A stretch of 61,127 bases of DNA, the filler included. It is 8 parts of 8 records of this genome, joined end to end, with 100 filler letters (N's around TTAATTAATTAA, not from the genome) between each part and the next. Parts side by side here need not be neighbours in the genome. Positions count along the whole stretch, not along the records: positions 29,612 to 37,765 come from SRR31156797_30952; positions 37,866 to 43,904 come from SRR31156797_30962; 6 more parts are not named here. One strand, 5' to 3'. How positions within the stretch are numbered: the stretch's first letter is position 1; the number at the start of each line of letters is the position of its first letter. The notes beneath the pieces were generated by a model, which made no database searches, had not been told where the DNA came from, and saw nothing but the letters and a program-made list of their open reading frames with translations. Position numbers and translations under genes: made by a program. Shown one piece after another: positions 29,612 through 39,617 of this stretch.

Positions 29612-31249
29612 AAAAAGAGAATACTTTTCCTTGCAGACAGGAATATTCTGGTAGATCAAGCCAAGACCAATGACTTCAAACCCTTTGGTTCTGCAATGCA
29701 TAAGATCAAAAATAGAAACGCTGAGAAATCTTATGAGATTTATCTTTCACTATATCAAGCTGTTACAGGCAACGAAGAAGAGAAGAATATTTACAAACAA
29801 TTCTCAAGAGATTTCTTTGATCTTGTAGTCGTAGATGAATGTCATCGTGGAAGTGCTGATGAAAACTCTGCATGGAGAGAGATTCTTGAGTATTTTGATT
29901 CAGCTACACAAATCGGGATGACGGCCACTCCCAAAGAAACTAAAACCGTATCAAACATTCATTATTTTGGTGAACCAATCTACACTTACTCACTTAAACA
30001 GGGCATAGAAGATGGATTCCTGGCTCCTTACAAGGTTATACGTATTGATCTTGACAAGGATGTGCTGGGCTGGAGACCTAACAAAGGAAAGATTGACAAG
30101 TACGGTAGACCAATAGAAGACCGCACTTACAATCAGAAGGATTACGATAAAGAATTAGTTCTGGAGAAGAGAACTGAGCTTGTTGCTAAAAAGGTCACTG
30201 AAATTCTCAAAGCTACTGACAGGTTTGGTAAGACTATTGTTTTCTGTGAGAATATTGATCATGCTGAGAGAATGCGACAGGCACTTGTTAATGAGAATCC
30301 AGATCTTGCACAGGATAGTAAATATGTAATGAGGATTACTGGAGATGAGCAGGAAGGAAAGGCAGAACTGGATAATTTCATTATGCCTGAAAGTCGCTAC
30401 CCTGTTATTGCTACAACATCCAAGCTTTTGAGTACCGGAGTGGATGTACAGACATGCAAACTCATTGTTCTTGATAAGCAAATAAAGTCCATGACCGAAT
30501 TCAAGCAGATAATAGGACGTGGAACCCGTATCAATGAGGATTTTGACAAATTATATTTCACAATAATGGACTTCAGGAAAGCAACGGAATTGTTTGCTGA
30601 CCCTGACTTTGACGGAGATCCTGTTGACATATACGTGGGTGGTGGTACCAAGCCACTTAGACCTAACATGCCATCCCAGAAAATCAAACCTTACAAGGTT
30701 GATGATGTGGGTGTTTCTGTTATTGCGGAAAGAGTACAATATTATGGCTCAGATGGCAAGCTGGTTACTGAATCTATCAAGGACTATACTAAGAAGACAA
30801 TGCTTGAAGAGTTCTCATCCCTTGATCTATTTTTGAAGTATTGGTCTGATACCGGAAAGAAACTGGCAATTGTACAGGAACTTGAGGAAAAAGGTCTGTT
30901 GTTGGATGCACTCGCTGGAGAAGTGGGAAGGGATTATGATCCTTTTGATCTTATCTGTCACGTAGCATTTGATCAGCCCGCTTTAAGTCGCAAACAAAGG
31001 GCAAATAATGTTCGTAAGACTGGATATTTTGAAAAGTACGGAGAGAAAGCCCGTGCTGTTCTTGATGCTTTGTTGGATAAATACGCTGATGAGGGTATCA
31101 GAAACCTTGAGGATATTGACGTACTGAAAGTAAAACCATTGAGTGATATTGGAACACCTATTGAGATAATCAAGCTCTTTGGTAACAAGAATAAGTTCCT
31201 TGAAGCTGTTGAGGAAATGGAAACACAGTTATACCTTGCTGAAGCTTAA
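29612..31249 (+). CDS. hsdR: Type I restriction subunit R, EcoAI/EcoEI-like (N-terminus truncated)
   Basis: Frame open from contig start ([16 protein letters not shown]); [30 protein letters not shown] helicase motifs; EcoEI-R-like C-terminus. Confidence 0.93.
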   Translation, partial: KKRILFLADRNILVDQAKTNDFKPFGSAMHKIKNRNAEKSYEIYLSLYQAVTGNEEEKNIYKQFSRDFFDLVVVDECHRGSADENSAWREILEYFDSATQIGMTATPKETKTVSNIHYFGEPIYTYSLKQGIEDGFLAPYKVIRIDLDKDVLGWRPNKGKIDKYGRPIEDRTYNQKDYDKELVLEKRTELVAKKVTEILKATDRFGKTIVFCENIDHAERMRQALVNENPDLAQDSKYVMRITGDEQEGKAELDNFIMPESRYPVIATTSKLLSTGVDVQTCKLIVLDKQIKSMTEFKQIIGRGTRINEDFDKLYFTIMDFRKATELFADPDFDGDPVDIYVGGGTKPLRPNMPSQKIKPYKVDDVGVSVIAERVQYYGSDGKLVTESIKDYTKKTMLEEFSSLDLFLKYWSDTGKKLAIVQELEEKGLLLDALAGEVGRDYDPFDLICHVAFDQPALSRKQRANNVRKTGYFEKYGEKARAVLDALLDKYADEGIRNLEDIDVLKVKPLSDIGTPIEIIKLFGNKNKFLEAVEEMETQLYLAEA

Positions 31250-31280
31250 TCCTTGATTAGCACAGGATGAGGATAAAACG

Positions 31281-32729
31281 ATGTCAATTAGCACTACTAT
31301 CAAGACTATACAGGATATAATGAGAAAAGACGCTGGTGTCGATGGTGATGCACAGCGTGTAAGTCAGCTTGTTTGGATGTTATTCCTGAAAATATTCGAT
31401 GATAGAGAACAGGAATATGAGTTGATGGATGAGACTTATGTATCTCCTATTCCCGAACATTTAAGGTGGAGAAACTGGGCAAGTGATCCTGAGGGCATAA
31501 CCGGTGAGGAACTGCTTGACTTTGTGAATGATGGTCTGTTCAAAGACCTGAAAAACCTTTCATTTTCTAATGATTCAGATCCGCGTGGTTTCGTAGTACG
31601 TGAAGTTTTTGAAGATTCATATAATTATATGAAAAATGGTACTCTGATACGTCAGGTTGCCAATAAGATCAATGAGATCGACTTTAATGTTTCCAAGGAA
31701 AGACATCTTTTCGGAGATGTATATGAGAAAATTCTAAAAGACCTTCAGAGTGCTGGAAATGCAGGTGAATTCTACACACCAAGAGCAGTTACCGAGTTTA
31801 TGGTACAGATGGTCAACCCGAAGATAGGGGAAAACATACTTGATCCTGCCTGTGGAACAGGTGGTTTTCTTACATCCTCCATTGATCATCTGAGAGAAAA
31901 GGTGGAAAATGTTGAAGATGAGCAAATCCTACAAAGCTCTATTCATGGAGTGGAAAAGAAACCACTTCCTCATTTGCTATGTATAACTAATATGCTCTTA
32001 CATGGAATTGAAGTACCTTCTCAGATTCGCAGAGACAATTCCCTTGCAAGGCCCCTGAGAGATTACAAGCCAACCGATAAAGTGGATGTGATTATAACCA
32101 ATCCTCCCTTTGGAGGTACTGAAGAGGACGGAATTGAATCCGGATTCCCTTCCGCTTATCAGACAAGGGAAACAGCAGACCTTTTCCTTGTGCTCATAAC
32201 CCATCTGCTAAAGGATAATGGACGTGGTGCAATTGTCCTTCCTGACGGTACATTATTCGGAGAAGGTGTCAAGACACGCATTAAAGAGAAGTTGCTCAAT
32301 GAATGCAATCTTCACACCATTGTACGCCTTCCAAACGGCGTATTCAACCCCTACACAGGCATCAAGACTAATCTCCTTTTCTTTAGCAAAGGGGAGCCTA
32401 CAAAGGAAATATGGTACTATGAACATCCATACCCGGATGGCTACAAATCTTACTCCAAGACAAAACCCATGAGAATTCAGGAGTTTGAACCAGAAAAAGC
32501 ATGGTGGAACAACCGTGAGGAAAATGAACTTGCCTGGAAGGTTACAATAGACGATATCAAGGCAAATAACTACAATCTTGATATCAAGAACCCTCACGTC
32601 ATAGACATAGACCATGGCGACCCCGAAGAACTCCTTGAAAACTACAAATCCCTTCTCTCAGATATCTCCAAAACCCGCAACACCCTGAAAAAAGAACTCA
32701 AGGCAGCCCTCGAAGGTAAAAACACATGA
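31281..32729 (+). CDS. hsdM: Type I methyltransferase subunit M (m6A)
   Basis: GEFYTPR, DPACGTGGF (motif I), NPPFGG (motif IV). Confidence 0.95.
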   Translation: MSISTTIKTIQDIMRKDAGVDGDAQRVSQLVWMLFLKIFDDREQEYELMDETYVSPIPEHLRWRNWASDPEGITGEELLDFVNDGLFKDLKNLSFSNDSDPRGFVVREVFEDSYNYMKNGTLIRQVANKINEIDFNVSKERHLFGDVYEKILKDLQSAGNAGEFYTPRAVTEFMVQMVNPKIGENILDPACGTGGFLTSSIDHLREKVENVEDEQILQSSIHGVEKKPLPHLLCITNMLLHGIEVPSQIRRDNSLARPLRDYKPTDKVDVIITNPPFGGTEEDGIESGFPSAYQTRETADLFLVLITHLLKDNGRGAIVLPDGTLFGEGVKTRIKEKLLNECNLHTIVRLPNGVFNPYTGIKTNLLFFSKGEPTKEIWYYEHPYPDGYKSYSKTKPMRIQEFEPEKAWWNNREENELAWKVTIDDIKANNYNLDIKNPHVIDIDHGDPEELLENYKSLLSDISKTRNTLKKELKAALEGKNT

Positions 32730-34435
32730 ATTCAGAATCATTTTTCGAGAACTTCGAGCTGCTTGCGGAATCTCCTAACGCCATTCAGAAACTCCGAGAG
32801 ATGATTTTGCAGATGGCTGTGCAGGGTAAACTTGTACCACAGAATTCAGATGATGAAACGGCAGAAGTGTTGTTGGAGAGGATTAAGAATGAGAAGGAAA
32901 GATTGGCTAAGGAAGGGAAGATTAGAAAGCAGAAAAAATTGCCACTTCTTGACGATAGAGATTTTCCTTATGGAATTCCAAAAAATTGGGCTTGGGTGTA
33001 TTTAGGCCAAATTAGTCAGATTGTCGGTGGCGGAACACCGAAAACAAGTAATCCAAATTATTTTTCAGAAAATGAAATATCTTGGCTAACTCCTGCGGAT
33101 TTATACAGTTTGAAAAGCAAGTATATCGGCAAGGGAAAAAGAGACATAACTGAAAGTGGCTTACAAAATAGTTCTGCACAACTAATGCCAGCAGGATCAG
33201 TTTTATTTTCAAGTCGTGCCCCAATTGGGTATGTTGCAATTGCATTAAATGATCTGGCAACAAATCAAGGATTCAAATCGTGTGTTCCATTCATTATGGG
33301 AATGAATGAATATGTCTATTATTTCTTAAAGTCTGCTGTCAAGGAAATAAATAACAATGCAACAGGGACGACTTTCAAAGAAGTATCTGGTAAAATAGTG
33401 AACCAAATAAAATTCCCTCTCCCCCCGCTCGAAGAACAAAAACGTATCGTAGCCAAAGTAGACCAACTCATGGCACTATGCGACCAGCTGGAATCATTCC
33501 AGCAAAAGAAGAATGAAAGCCGCATCCAGTTAAATAATTCAGCACTCAACAAGATGCTCGATGCCGACAGCCCTGGGGAATTCGCAGAACACTGGCAGCT
33601 TGTTTGTGAGAACTTTGATCAGCTCTATGATGATCTGGATAATGTGGAGAAGCTCAAGCAGGCGATATTGCAGCTTGCGGTGCAGGGTAAGCTTGTGGAG
33701 CAGGATGCGAATGATGAAACGGCTGAAGTGTTGTTGGAGAAGATTAAGGTTGATAAAGAGAGATTGGTAAAAGAAGGGAAGATTAAGAAAAGTATCAAAT
33801 TCGATGAAATAAAAGAGTCTGAAATTCCGTATGGAATTCCTGATAATTGGAAATGGGTTCGATTAATAGATTTATGCGATATAGGAACAGGAAGCACTCC
33901 CTTGAAGACTCAAACAGAATATTATCAAAATGGCACAATTCCATGGATAACTAGCTCGGCTACTTCACTTGAATTTGTTGATAATGCTGAAACACATATT
34001 ACACAAAAAGCCTTAGATGAATGTCATTTGAGACTCTATCCTTCTGGAACTTTAATTATAGCATTATATGGTCAAGGAAAAACACGAGGGCAGGTTGCAG
34101 AAATCCAAATAGAAGCTACTATTAACCAAGCATGTGCTGCCTTAGTTTTCATTGATTCTCTTGAGGTTAACAAACGTTATGTAAAGCTTGTTTTAACGAA
34201 ACAATATGTTGAGTTACGAAGTCTAGCTGCTGGTGGTGCTCAACCAAATCTTAATGTTGGTAAAATAAAAAATGCATTTATCCCACTTCCACCTCTTGAA
34301 GAACAAAAGCGTATCATAGCCAAAGTAGATCAACTCATGACACTATGCGACCAACTTGAAGCAAAGATAAGACAGGCACAATCGGATAGTGATGTATTGA
34401 TGGAAGTGGCTGTGAGTCATCTGCTTGAAGTTTAA
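32726..34435 (+). CDS. hsdS: Type I specificity subunit S
   Basis: Two TRDs framed by repeated ILQxAVQGKLV / PYGIPxNWxWV / LPPLEEQKRIxAKVDQLMxLCDQLE; ATGA overlap with hsdM. Confidence 0.95.
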   Translation: MNSESFFENFELLAESPNAIQKLREMILQMAVQGKLVPQNSDDETAEVLLERIKNEKERLAKEGKIRKQKKLPLLDDRDFPYGIPKNWAWVYLGQISQIVGGGTPKTSNPNYFSENEISWLTPADLYSLKSKYIGKGKRDITESGLQNSSAQLMPAGSVLFSSRAPIGYVAIALNDLATNQGFKSCVPFIMGMNEYVYYFLKSAVKEINNNATGTTFKEVSGKIVNQIKFPLPPLEEQKRIVAKVDQLMALCDQLESFQQKKNESRIQLNNSALNKMLDADSPGEFAEHWQLVCENFDQLYDDLDNVEKLKQAILQLAVQGKLVEQDANDETAEVLLEKIKVDKERLVKEGKIKKSIKFDEIKESEIPYGIPDNWKWVRLIDLCDIGTGSTPLKTQTEYYQNGTIPWITSSATSLEFVDNAETHITQKALDECHLRLYPSGTLIIALYGQGKTRGQVAEIQIEATINQACAALVFIDSLEVNKRYVKLVLTKQYVELRSLAAGGAQPNLNVGKIKNAFIPLPPLEEQKRIIAKVDQLMTLCDQLEAKIRQAQSDSDVLMEVAVSHLLEV

Positions 34436-34556
34436 GCTTAAAGGATGAAGTAAATAACAACATCCTTTACTTTATTGACCTTGCAACGGAGTCCCTTCTG
34501 ATGCAGGTTTTGTTTTTAGTAGTAATGTCTCAGTACGTGATGTTGTTGTGTTGTTC

Positions 34557-34982
34557 TTATTCGTCCTTGATCGGTATTCCTGCAAAGTGCCTGATAAGAT
34601 TGGATATGCTGTTAACATCGTGCTGATTTTTGCGTTTCTTGCAATATTCCATTGCCACAGCCATGACGTCTTTTCCGGTTATTAGCTTCTGTTGTATATT
34701 TTGCCAATCGTTGCAGAATTGCATTACTTCAGGGATATCAATAGCATTGCTGTTCACAGATGATGGACAGGTTGTAGGACTTGTAGAACTTGTAGGACTA
34801 TTTTTGACTTGCTTTTCTCCTATATTTTTTCTTTCAATCCTTATATGGATGAACACTGATTTTAAGCAAAGTATCCAGAATAAAACTACATCTTCAGCTT
34901 TTGCTAGAATCCACTCTGGTGTAACTACTTTATGAGCAAATATTAAAAAAACTTTCACAACTAAAGAATATAAAATATACAA
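34557..34982 (-). other. Doubtful ORF or gene remnant
   Basis: 3' half looks coding (SPTSSTSPT, then helical IPEVMQFCNDWQ...IRHFAGIP); 5' half is very AT-rich without a convincing start. Confidence 0.3.
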
Positions 34983-35330
34983 ATGTACAATACACGAATG
35001 AAAAAAATATCATTTCAAATAAAATAATAGATTTTGAAAGTTAAAAAATCAATATCTTGTGGCGATAGTCAATAAGTAAATATAATATAGCTACAAATAA
35101 TATATTGAACTTTGTATTTCAATGGGGTAAATACAGTTAGTTCGTGGTTAAATGTACACAAATGGTAACATTTAATCAGTTGAACGATTTGGTGGAGTAA
35201 TATACATGCTGAAAAAAATAAGAGGTCAGAATCAGCAACACTTCATTTCATACCAGTTTGTCCTTGTTAAAGGAAATTGCACCCTGGATTTCCAGAATTG
35301 ATTGAAAAAGTACATCGGAAACAAGTAAAC

Positions 35331-37765
35331 ATGGATAGAGATGGACGCAAAACCACAGGGAATAACCTGAATAACAATACAGCAGGATACCGGGTACTAT
35401 TTGAGAATAACCATGCTGCCATGTTGCTGATAGATCCTGTCAGCCTTGATATTGTCGACGCAAATAATGCTGCCTGCAAATATTACGGAAGACCTCTGAA
35501 AGAGATAACACAAAAAAAGGTATTCGAATTAAATCCAATATCTGAAGAAGAGACCAGATCATGTGTAGATAAATCAAGTAGAGGACTACATAATCGTTTT
35601 TTCTACAGTTTTAAATTGCCTGATGGAAAAAAACATGATATTGAAGTCTATACAACCCCGATAAAAATAGAAGATAAGAATCTTCTCTGCTTAACCATCA
35701 ATGACATCACCAGACTCAAAAAAGCAGAAGAGGAGTTGCATCTCGGGGAAAAAAGATTAAAAACACTTGTGGAAATTCTGCAGACAAAACATGATTCTAT
35801 TCATGATGCACTTGATTTTGCACTTGAAGAAGCTATCAAACTCACAGAAAGTAAAGTTGGTTACATTTTCTACTATAGTGAAGAAGAAAAACAGTTCACT
35901 CTTAATTCATGGTCTGGAAATGCAATGAAGGGGTGCAACATTGACGATATACAAACTATTTACAAGCTGGAAACCACAGGTATCTGGGGTGAACCTGTCA
36001 GGCAACGCAGGCCAATTGTTGACAATGACTTCCATGCACCTCACCCATTGAAAAAAGGATATCCACAGGGACATGTGGACATTAACAGATTGTTGACAAT
36101 ACCCATTTTGATAAATGAAAAAATTGTTGCTGTTATCGGAGTTGCCAATAAAGAATCAGATTACACTGAAAATGATACCCTTCAGCTCACTCTTCTTATG
36201 GATTCAGTATGGAAGATCATAGGACAAATAGGGATAGAGAAAGCTCTTAGAGAAAGTGAAAAAAGATACAGGGGTCTCTTTGAGAATAGCATCAGCGGAG
36301 TAGTGATCACTGAGATCATTAGAGATGAAAAAGGAACTCCAATAGACTTTGTTTTTCTGGAAGTAAATGACGTTTTTGAAAAAGATAGCGAGTTTAAAGC
36401 CAAAGACGTAATAGGAAAGCGCGTAACTGAAGTCTACCCAGGAATTGAGAAAGAAAAAAATACATTTCTTGATCTGCACCTGAATGTAGCAATTACTGGA
36501 TCACCTATTATTACTGAAATATATTCTGAAGATCTGAAAAAGTACTTCGGTGTCAATGCATACCAGATAGAAAAGAATATTGTTGCCGGTGTATTTAAGG
36601 ATATTACAAAGCGCAAGGAAATGGAACAAGAACTTGCAGAAAGCAAAGAAAAATTCCAGATGCTTTCAGACCTGACTTTTGAAGGTATTACTATTCATGA
36701 CAAGGGAGTTATCCTTGAGGTCAATGAAGCTGTATGTCGTATGACAGGATACACAAAAGAAGAACTTCTGGGAAAGAATATTCTGGAAATCCTGGCACAT
36801 CCTGATGATATTGATAACATTCTGCAACAGATGAAGAGTGAAAATGCTAAGCCCTATGAGATACGCGTTATACGAAAAGATGGAACTGAATTCCCGGCAG
36901 AAATTGAATCCCATATTATAATGTATAAAGGGCGGAAGGTTCGGGTAGCTGCAACAAGGAACATAACTGAACGTAAAAAAGCTGAGAACAAGTTATTTGA
37001 GAGTGAAGAAAAACTAAGGTTGTTCATAGAGTATGCACCAGCATCGATGGTCATGCTGGATCGCAATATGAGGCATATAGCCGTAAGCCGTCAATTCCTT
37101 GATGACTTTTCCCTTGGTAACAGAGACATAATAGGAATGAACCATTATGATGTCATTCCCCTTGATGAAAAATATAAAGAAATGCACCGACGCGCTCTGC
37201 AAGGAGAAGTTGTCCCCGTAGAAGAAGATCGTGTAGAAGGAGATGATGGTCGTGTGCATTGGTTGCGGGGGGAAGTCCGACCATGGAAAACAGCTGAGGG
37301 TACTATCGGCGGCATCATTGTTTTTATTGAACATATCACTGAAAGAAAAGAAGCTGAACTTGCTCTAAAAGAAAGTGAAGCTCTCCTAAGTGAAGTAAGC
37401 AGGCTCGGCCAAATAGGTGGATGGACCCTGGACATTAAATCCAACAGAGTCACATGGACAGAAGAAGTTGCAAAGATACAGGAAAAAGACGACATTTCTG
37501 ATCCAGAAGCAAGCCTGAATCTTTTCCTGCCAGAATCAAAAGTGCTGCTTGAAAAAGCTCTCAATGATGTTGTGGAAAAAGCGCAACCTTATGATCTGGA
37601 ACTGGAACTCATATCAGCAAAAGGAAATCATAAGTGGGTCAGAGTAATTGGAAAACCAGTAATTGAAGGTCATAAGGTCACAAAGATAACAGGTACACTG
37701 CAGGATATAACAGAGAGCAAAACTACTGAGAATAAGCTTCGTGAGAATGAAGCACTCCTTAATGA
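35331..37765 (+). CDS. Multi-PAS/GAF sensor protein, probably a histidine kinase (C-terminus truncated)
   Basis: Repeated PAS/PAC ends (DITRLKKAE, DITKRKEME, NITERKKAE, HITERKEAE, DITESK) and a GAF (GYPQGHV..GVANKESDY). Likely ATG 35331; track start 35277 is TTG. Confidence 0.85.
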
Positions 37766-37865
37766 NNNNNNNNNNNNNNNNNNNNNNNNNNNNNNNNNNN
37801 NNNNNNNNNTTAATTAATTAANNNNNNNNNNNNNNNNNNNNNNNNNNNNNNNNNNNNNNNNNNNN
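37766..37865. other. Artificial contig spacer
   Basis: N-run with TTAATTAATTAA. Confidence 0.98.
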
Positions 37866-38135
37866 GACCATCCCTCGGGTCTGACGGGTATCAGAAACAG
37901 CAGTATAGCAAACTCCCTATTTATTAACTGCCGGATAAAGGGAAACTTCTTCGCCTTCTCAAGGCTGGAAAACTCCCTCTTTTTGGACTGCCGGTTTATT
38001 GAGGCAGACTGGACCCTTACCGAAAGGGAGGGGGGCTCATTTATCAACTGTCAGAACGGCCCTTCGGAATCACAGATATACAATGACCATCCCCATGGGC
38101 AGTGGAGCCAATGGGAAAGGAATATAGCGGTATGA
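37866..38135 (+). CDS. Pentapeptide-repeat protein, C-terminal fragment
   Basis: Hand translation: ..IRNSS IANSL FINCR IKGNF FAFSR LENSL FLDCR FIEAD WTLTE REGGS FINCQ..NIAV*; 5-residue periodicity; TGA overlaps next ATG (38132). Not in ORF track. Confidence 0.7.
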   Translation, partial: DHPSGLTGIRNSSIANSLFINCRIKGNFFAFSRLENSLFLDCRFIEADWTLTEREGGSFINCQNGPSESQIYNDHPHGQWSQWERNIAV

Positions 38136-38488
38136 ATAAAATGAAAACAGCCCTGAACAATCTGGACAGGGACGTTCTGGAGGACGGTTTCTGCCTGCTC
38201 TATGATGAACTGAAAAAGGGCGGTTCCGTGGAAGAGGCTCCTCTGCAAACTGTGCAGGAACCCCAAATCCCCAACTTCACCAGCCTGATCCTCCATCTGA
38301 AGGATAAATACCCCTTCGAAGAGCTGAAGGATTTTATCGTGGAAGGAGGCCGGGTCATTTGGAAAAGAGGAGGACGGCGCATCGATCTTTCTCGTGAAGA
38401 GCAGGAGATTGTCAGAACGCCTCCTCCCTCTAAAACCGAAACACAGGAAGAGGCTGCCCCCCGATTCCGCCAGCTGGAGATGAATTGA
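38132..38488 (+). CDS. Hypothetical protein
   Basis: In frame with tracked ORF 38102-38488; ATGA coupling at 38132 suggests the start. Confidence 0.65.
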   Translation: MNKMKTALNNLDRDVLEDGFCLLYDELKKGGSVEEAPLQTVQEPQIPNFTSLILHLKDKYPFEELKDFIVEGGRVIWKRGGRRIDLSREEQEIVRTPPPSKTETQEEAAPRFRQLEMN

Positions 38489-38491
38489 AAG

Positions 38492-38686
38492 ATGAGTGAT
38501 CAGAAGAACTATCTGAAAGTAAACAGAACCACCGGGGAACTGGAGTTTCAGGACTTCCCATTCCCAGAGAAGGAAAAGGCCTATCTCAACCAGATCTATC
38601 TGGAGTTCGCCTTCGAACCCCTGGATACCTCAACTGTTGAGAAGATGAACCGTTTTGTGAATGAAAAGCTTGAGGTCGAGCAATGA
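38492..38686 (+). CDS. Small hypothetical protein (64 aa)
   Basis: GGAG upstream, 3 nt after the previous stop, ATGA overlap with the next gene. Confidence 0.65.
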   Translation: MSDQKNYLKVNRTTGELEFQDFPFPEKEKAYLNQIYLEFAFEPLDTSTVEKMNRFVNEKLEVEQ

Positions 38687-39417
38687 ACGATAAAGGTTGC
38701 GAATTTACACTTCCCCTGGGGCTGAAAGATAAAGACGGCGTGCTCCATAGAAAGGGTTTCCTCCGGGATGTGACCGCCGAAGACGAGCTGTTGCTTCAGG
38801 ACTCTGACGGGGTGCGTTTTAACGACAGACAACGGGACCTGGAACTCCTGTCCCGTTTGGTTATCAGCCTTGGCAGCCTCCCCGCGGTTGACTCTGAAAC
38901 CCTGGAAGATCTCTACGAGGCGGACTTCATCTATCTGCAGATGCTCTTCAACAGTCGGAACGAGGGCATATCCCCCTCCTACCGCTGTCCAAACTGCGGG
39001 GCCAAGCGGGATCTGGAACTGTCTGCCCTCTTCGGGGATGACGAGACATCAGGGAGGAAGGAGTCCTGCGGCTTCTCATTACCCCAGGGCAGCGGCCTGA
39101 AACCGGAGATTGGAACCAGAGTGAAGGGCAAGATGACCATGGCCCTCTGCCGCGACTTCCTGACCCTCTACCGGGACCCCAGAACAAAGGAGAATTCCTC
39201 CTGGTTTTACGTGGGCCTCCTGACCCGGACAGTCAAAAAACTGGGAGCGGAGAAATCCATCAACAACGGTGTTATTTCCAGGTTGAACCCCAAGGACTTT
39301 TCCTTCCTGGTGGACCTCTTTAACGAGCTGAACAACGGTGCCATCAGAGACATCAAAGACCTATGCTCCTGCGGTAGCGAGAACAGAGTGGAGCTGCAGC
39401 TCCCGGGGGAAGCATAA
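38683..39417 (+). CDS. Tail assembly chaperone-like protein (gpG-like), two tandem copies of the domain
   Basis: Repeat 1 FTLPLG..DGVLHRKG..TAEDEL..LLSRLVISLG..DFIYLQMLFNSRN..CPNCG; repeat 2 FSLPQG..KG..RDPRTKEN..LLTRTVKKLG..DFSFLVDLFNELN..CSCG. Resembles from memory the family found upstream of DUF6760 in contractile injection system loci. Confidence 0.75.
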   Translation: MNDKGCEFTLPLGLKDKDGVLHRKGFLRDVTAEDELLLQDSDGVRFNDRQRDLELLSRLVISLGSLPAVDSETLEDLYEADFIYLQMLFNSRNEGISPSYRCPNCGAKRDLELSALFGDDETSGRKESCGFSLPQGSGLKPEIGTRVKGKMTMALCRDFLTLYRDPRTKENSSWFYVGLLTRTVKKLGAEKSINNGVISRLNPKDFSFLVDLFNELNNGAIRDIKDLCSCGSENRVELQLPGEA

Positions 39418-39451
39418 GCCGCCTTTCCTCAGATGTATACGGAGAGGCGGC
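39390..39451 (+). promoter_or_regulatory. Programmed -1 ribosomal frameshift signal
   Basis: GGAG 39390-93; G-GGG-GAA 39405-11 in the reading frame; 6-nt spacer; stem GCCGCCTTTCC (39418-28) pairing with GGAGAGGCGGC (39441-51). Confidence 0.75.
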
Positions 39452-39617
39452 CAACCTTGCCTATTACTTCCACTGGAGCCGAACAGAGGTGATGGGCATG
39501 AGCCGGAGAGAGAGACGGAAATGGCTGGGCGAGCTTGATAAGATCAACGGCAGGATCAACAGCGATACCCGCAGCTATGTGGATGCGATAATGAACACGG
39601 AAGGGAGATCACAATGA
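39408..39617 (+). CDS. DUF6760-like -1-frame extension of the chaperone (gpGT-like)
   Basis: GSISRLSSDVYGEAANLAYYFHWSRTEVMGMSRRERRKWLGELDKINGRINSDTRSYVDAIMNTEGRSQ*; no ATG/GTG/TTG between upstream TAG (39375) and GTG 39489, which lies after the YFHWS motif; TGA overlaps ATG 39614. Confidence 0.75.
   Translation, partial: GSISRLSSDVYGEAANLAYYFHWSRTEVMGMSRRERRKWLGELDKINGRINSDTRSYVDAIMNTEGRSQ

Noticed and set aside
35206-35301. 31-codon ORF with GGTGGAG RBS as a frameshifted N-terminus of the PAS protein
   Set aside because: Shifting at the A-run meets a TAA before 35277; at most an unsupported upstream ORF.
37814-38296. Minus-strand ORFs 37814-38047 and 38051-38296
   Set aside because: Antisense to the coupled plus-strand pentapeptide and hypothetical genes.
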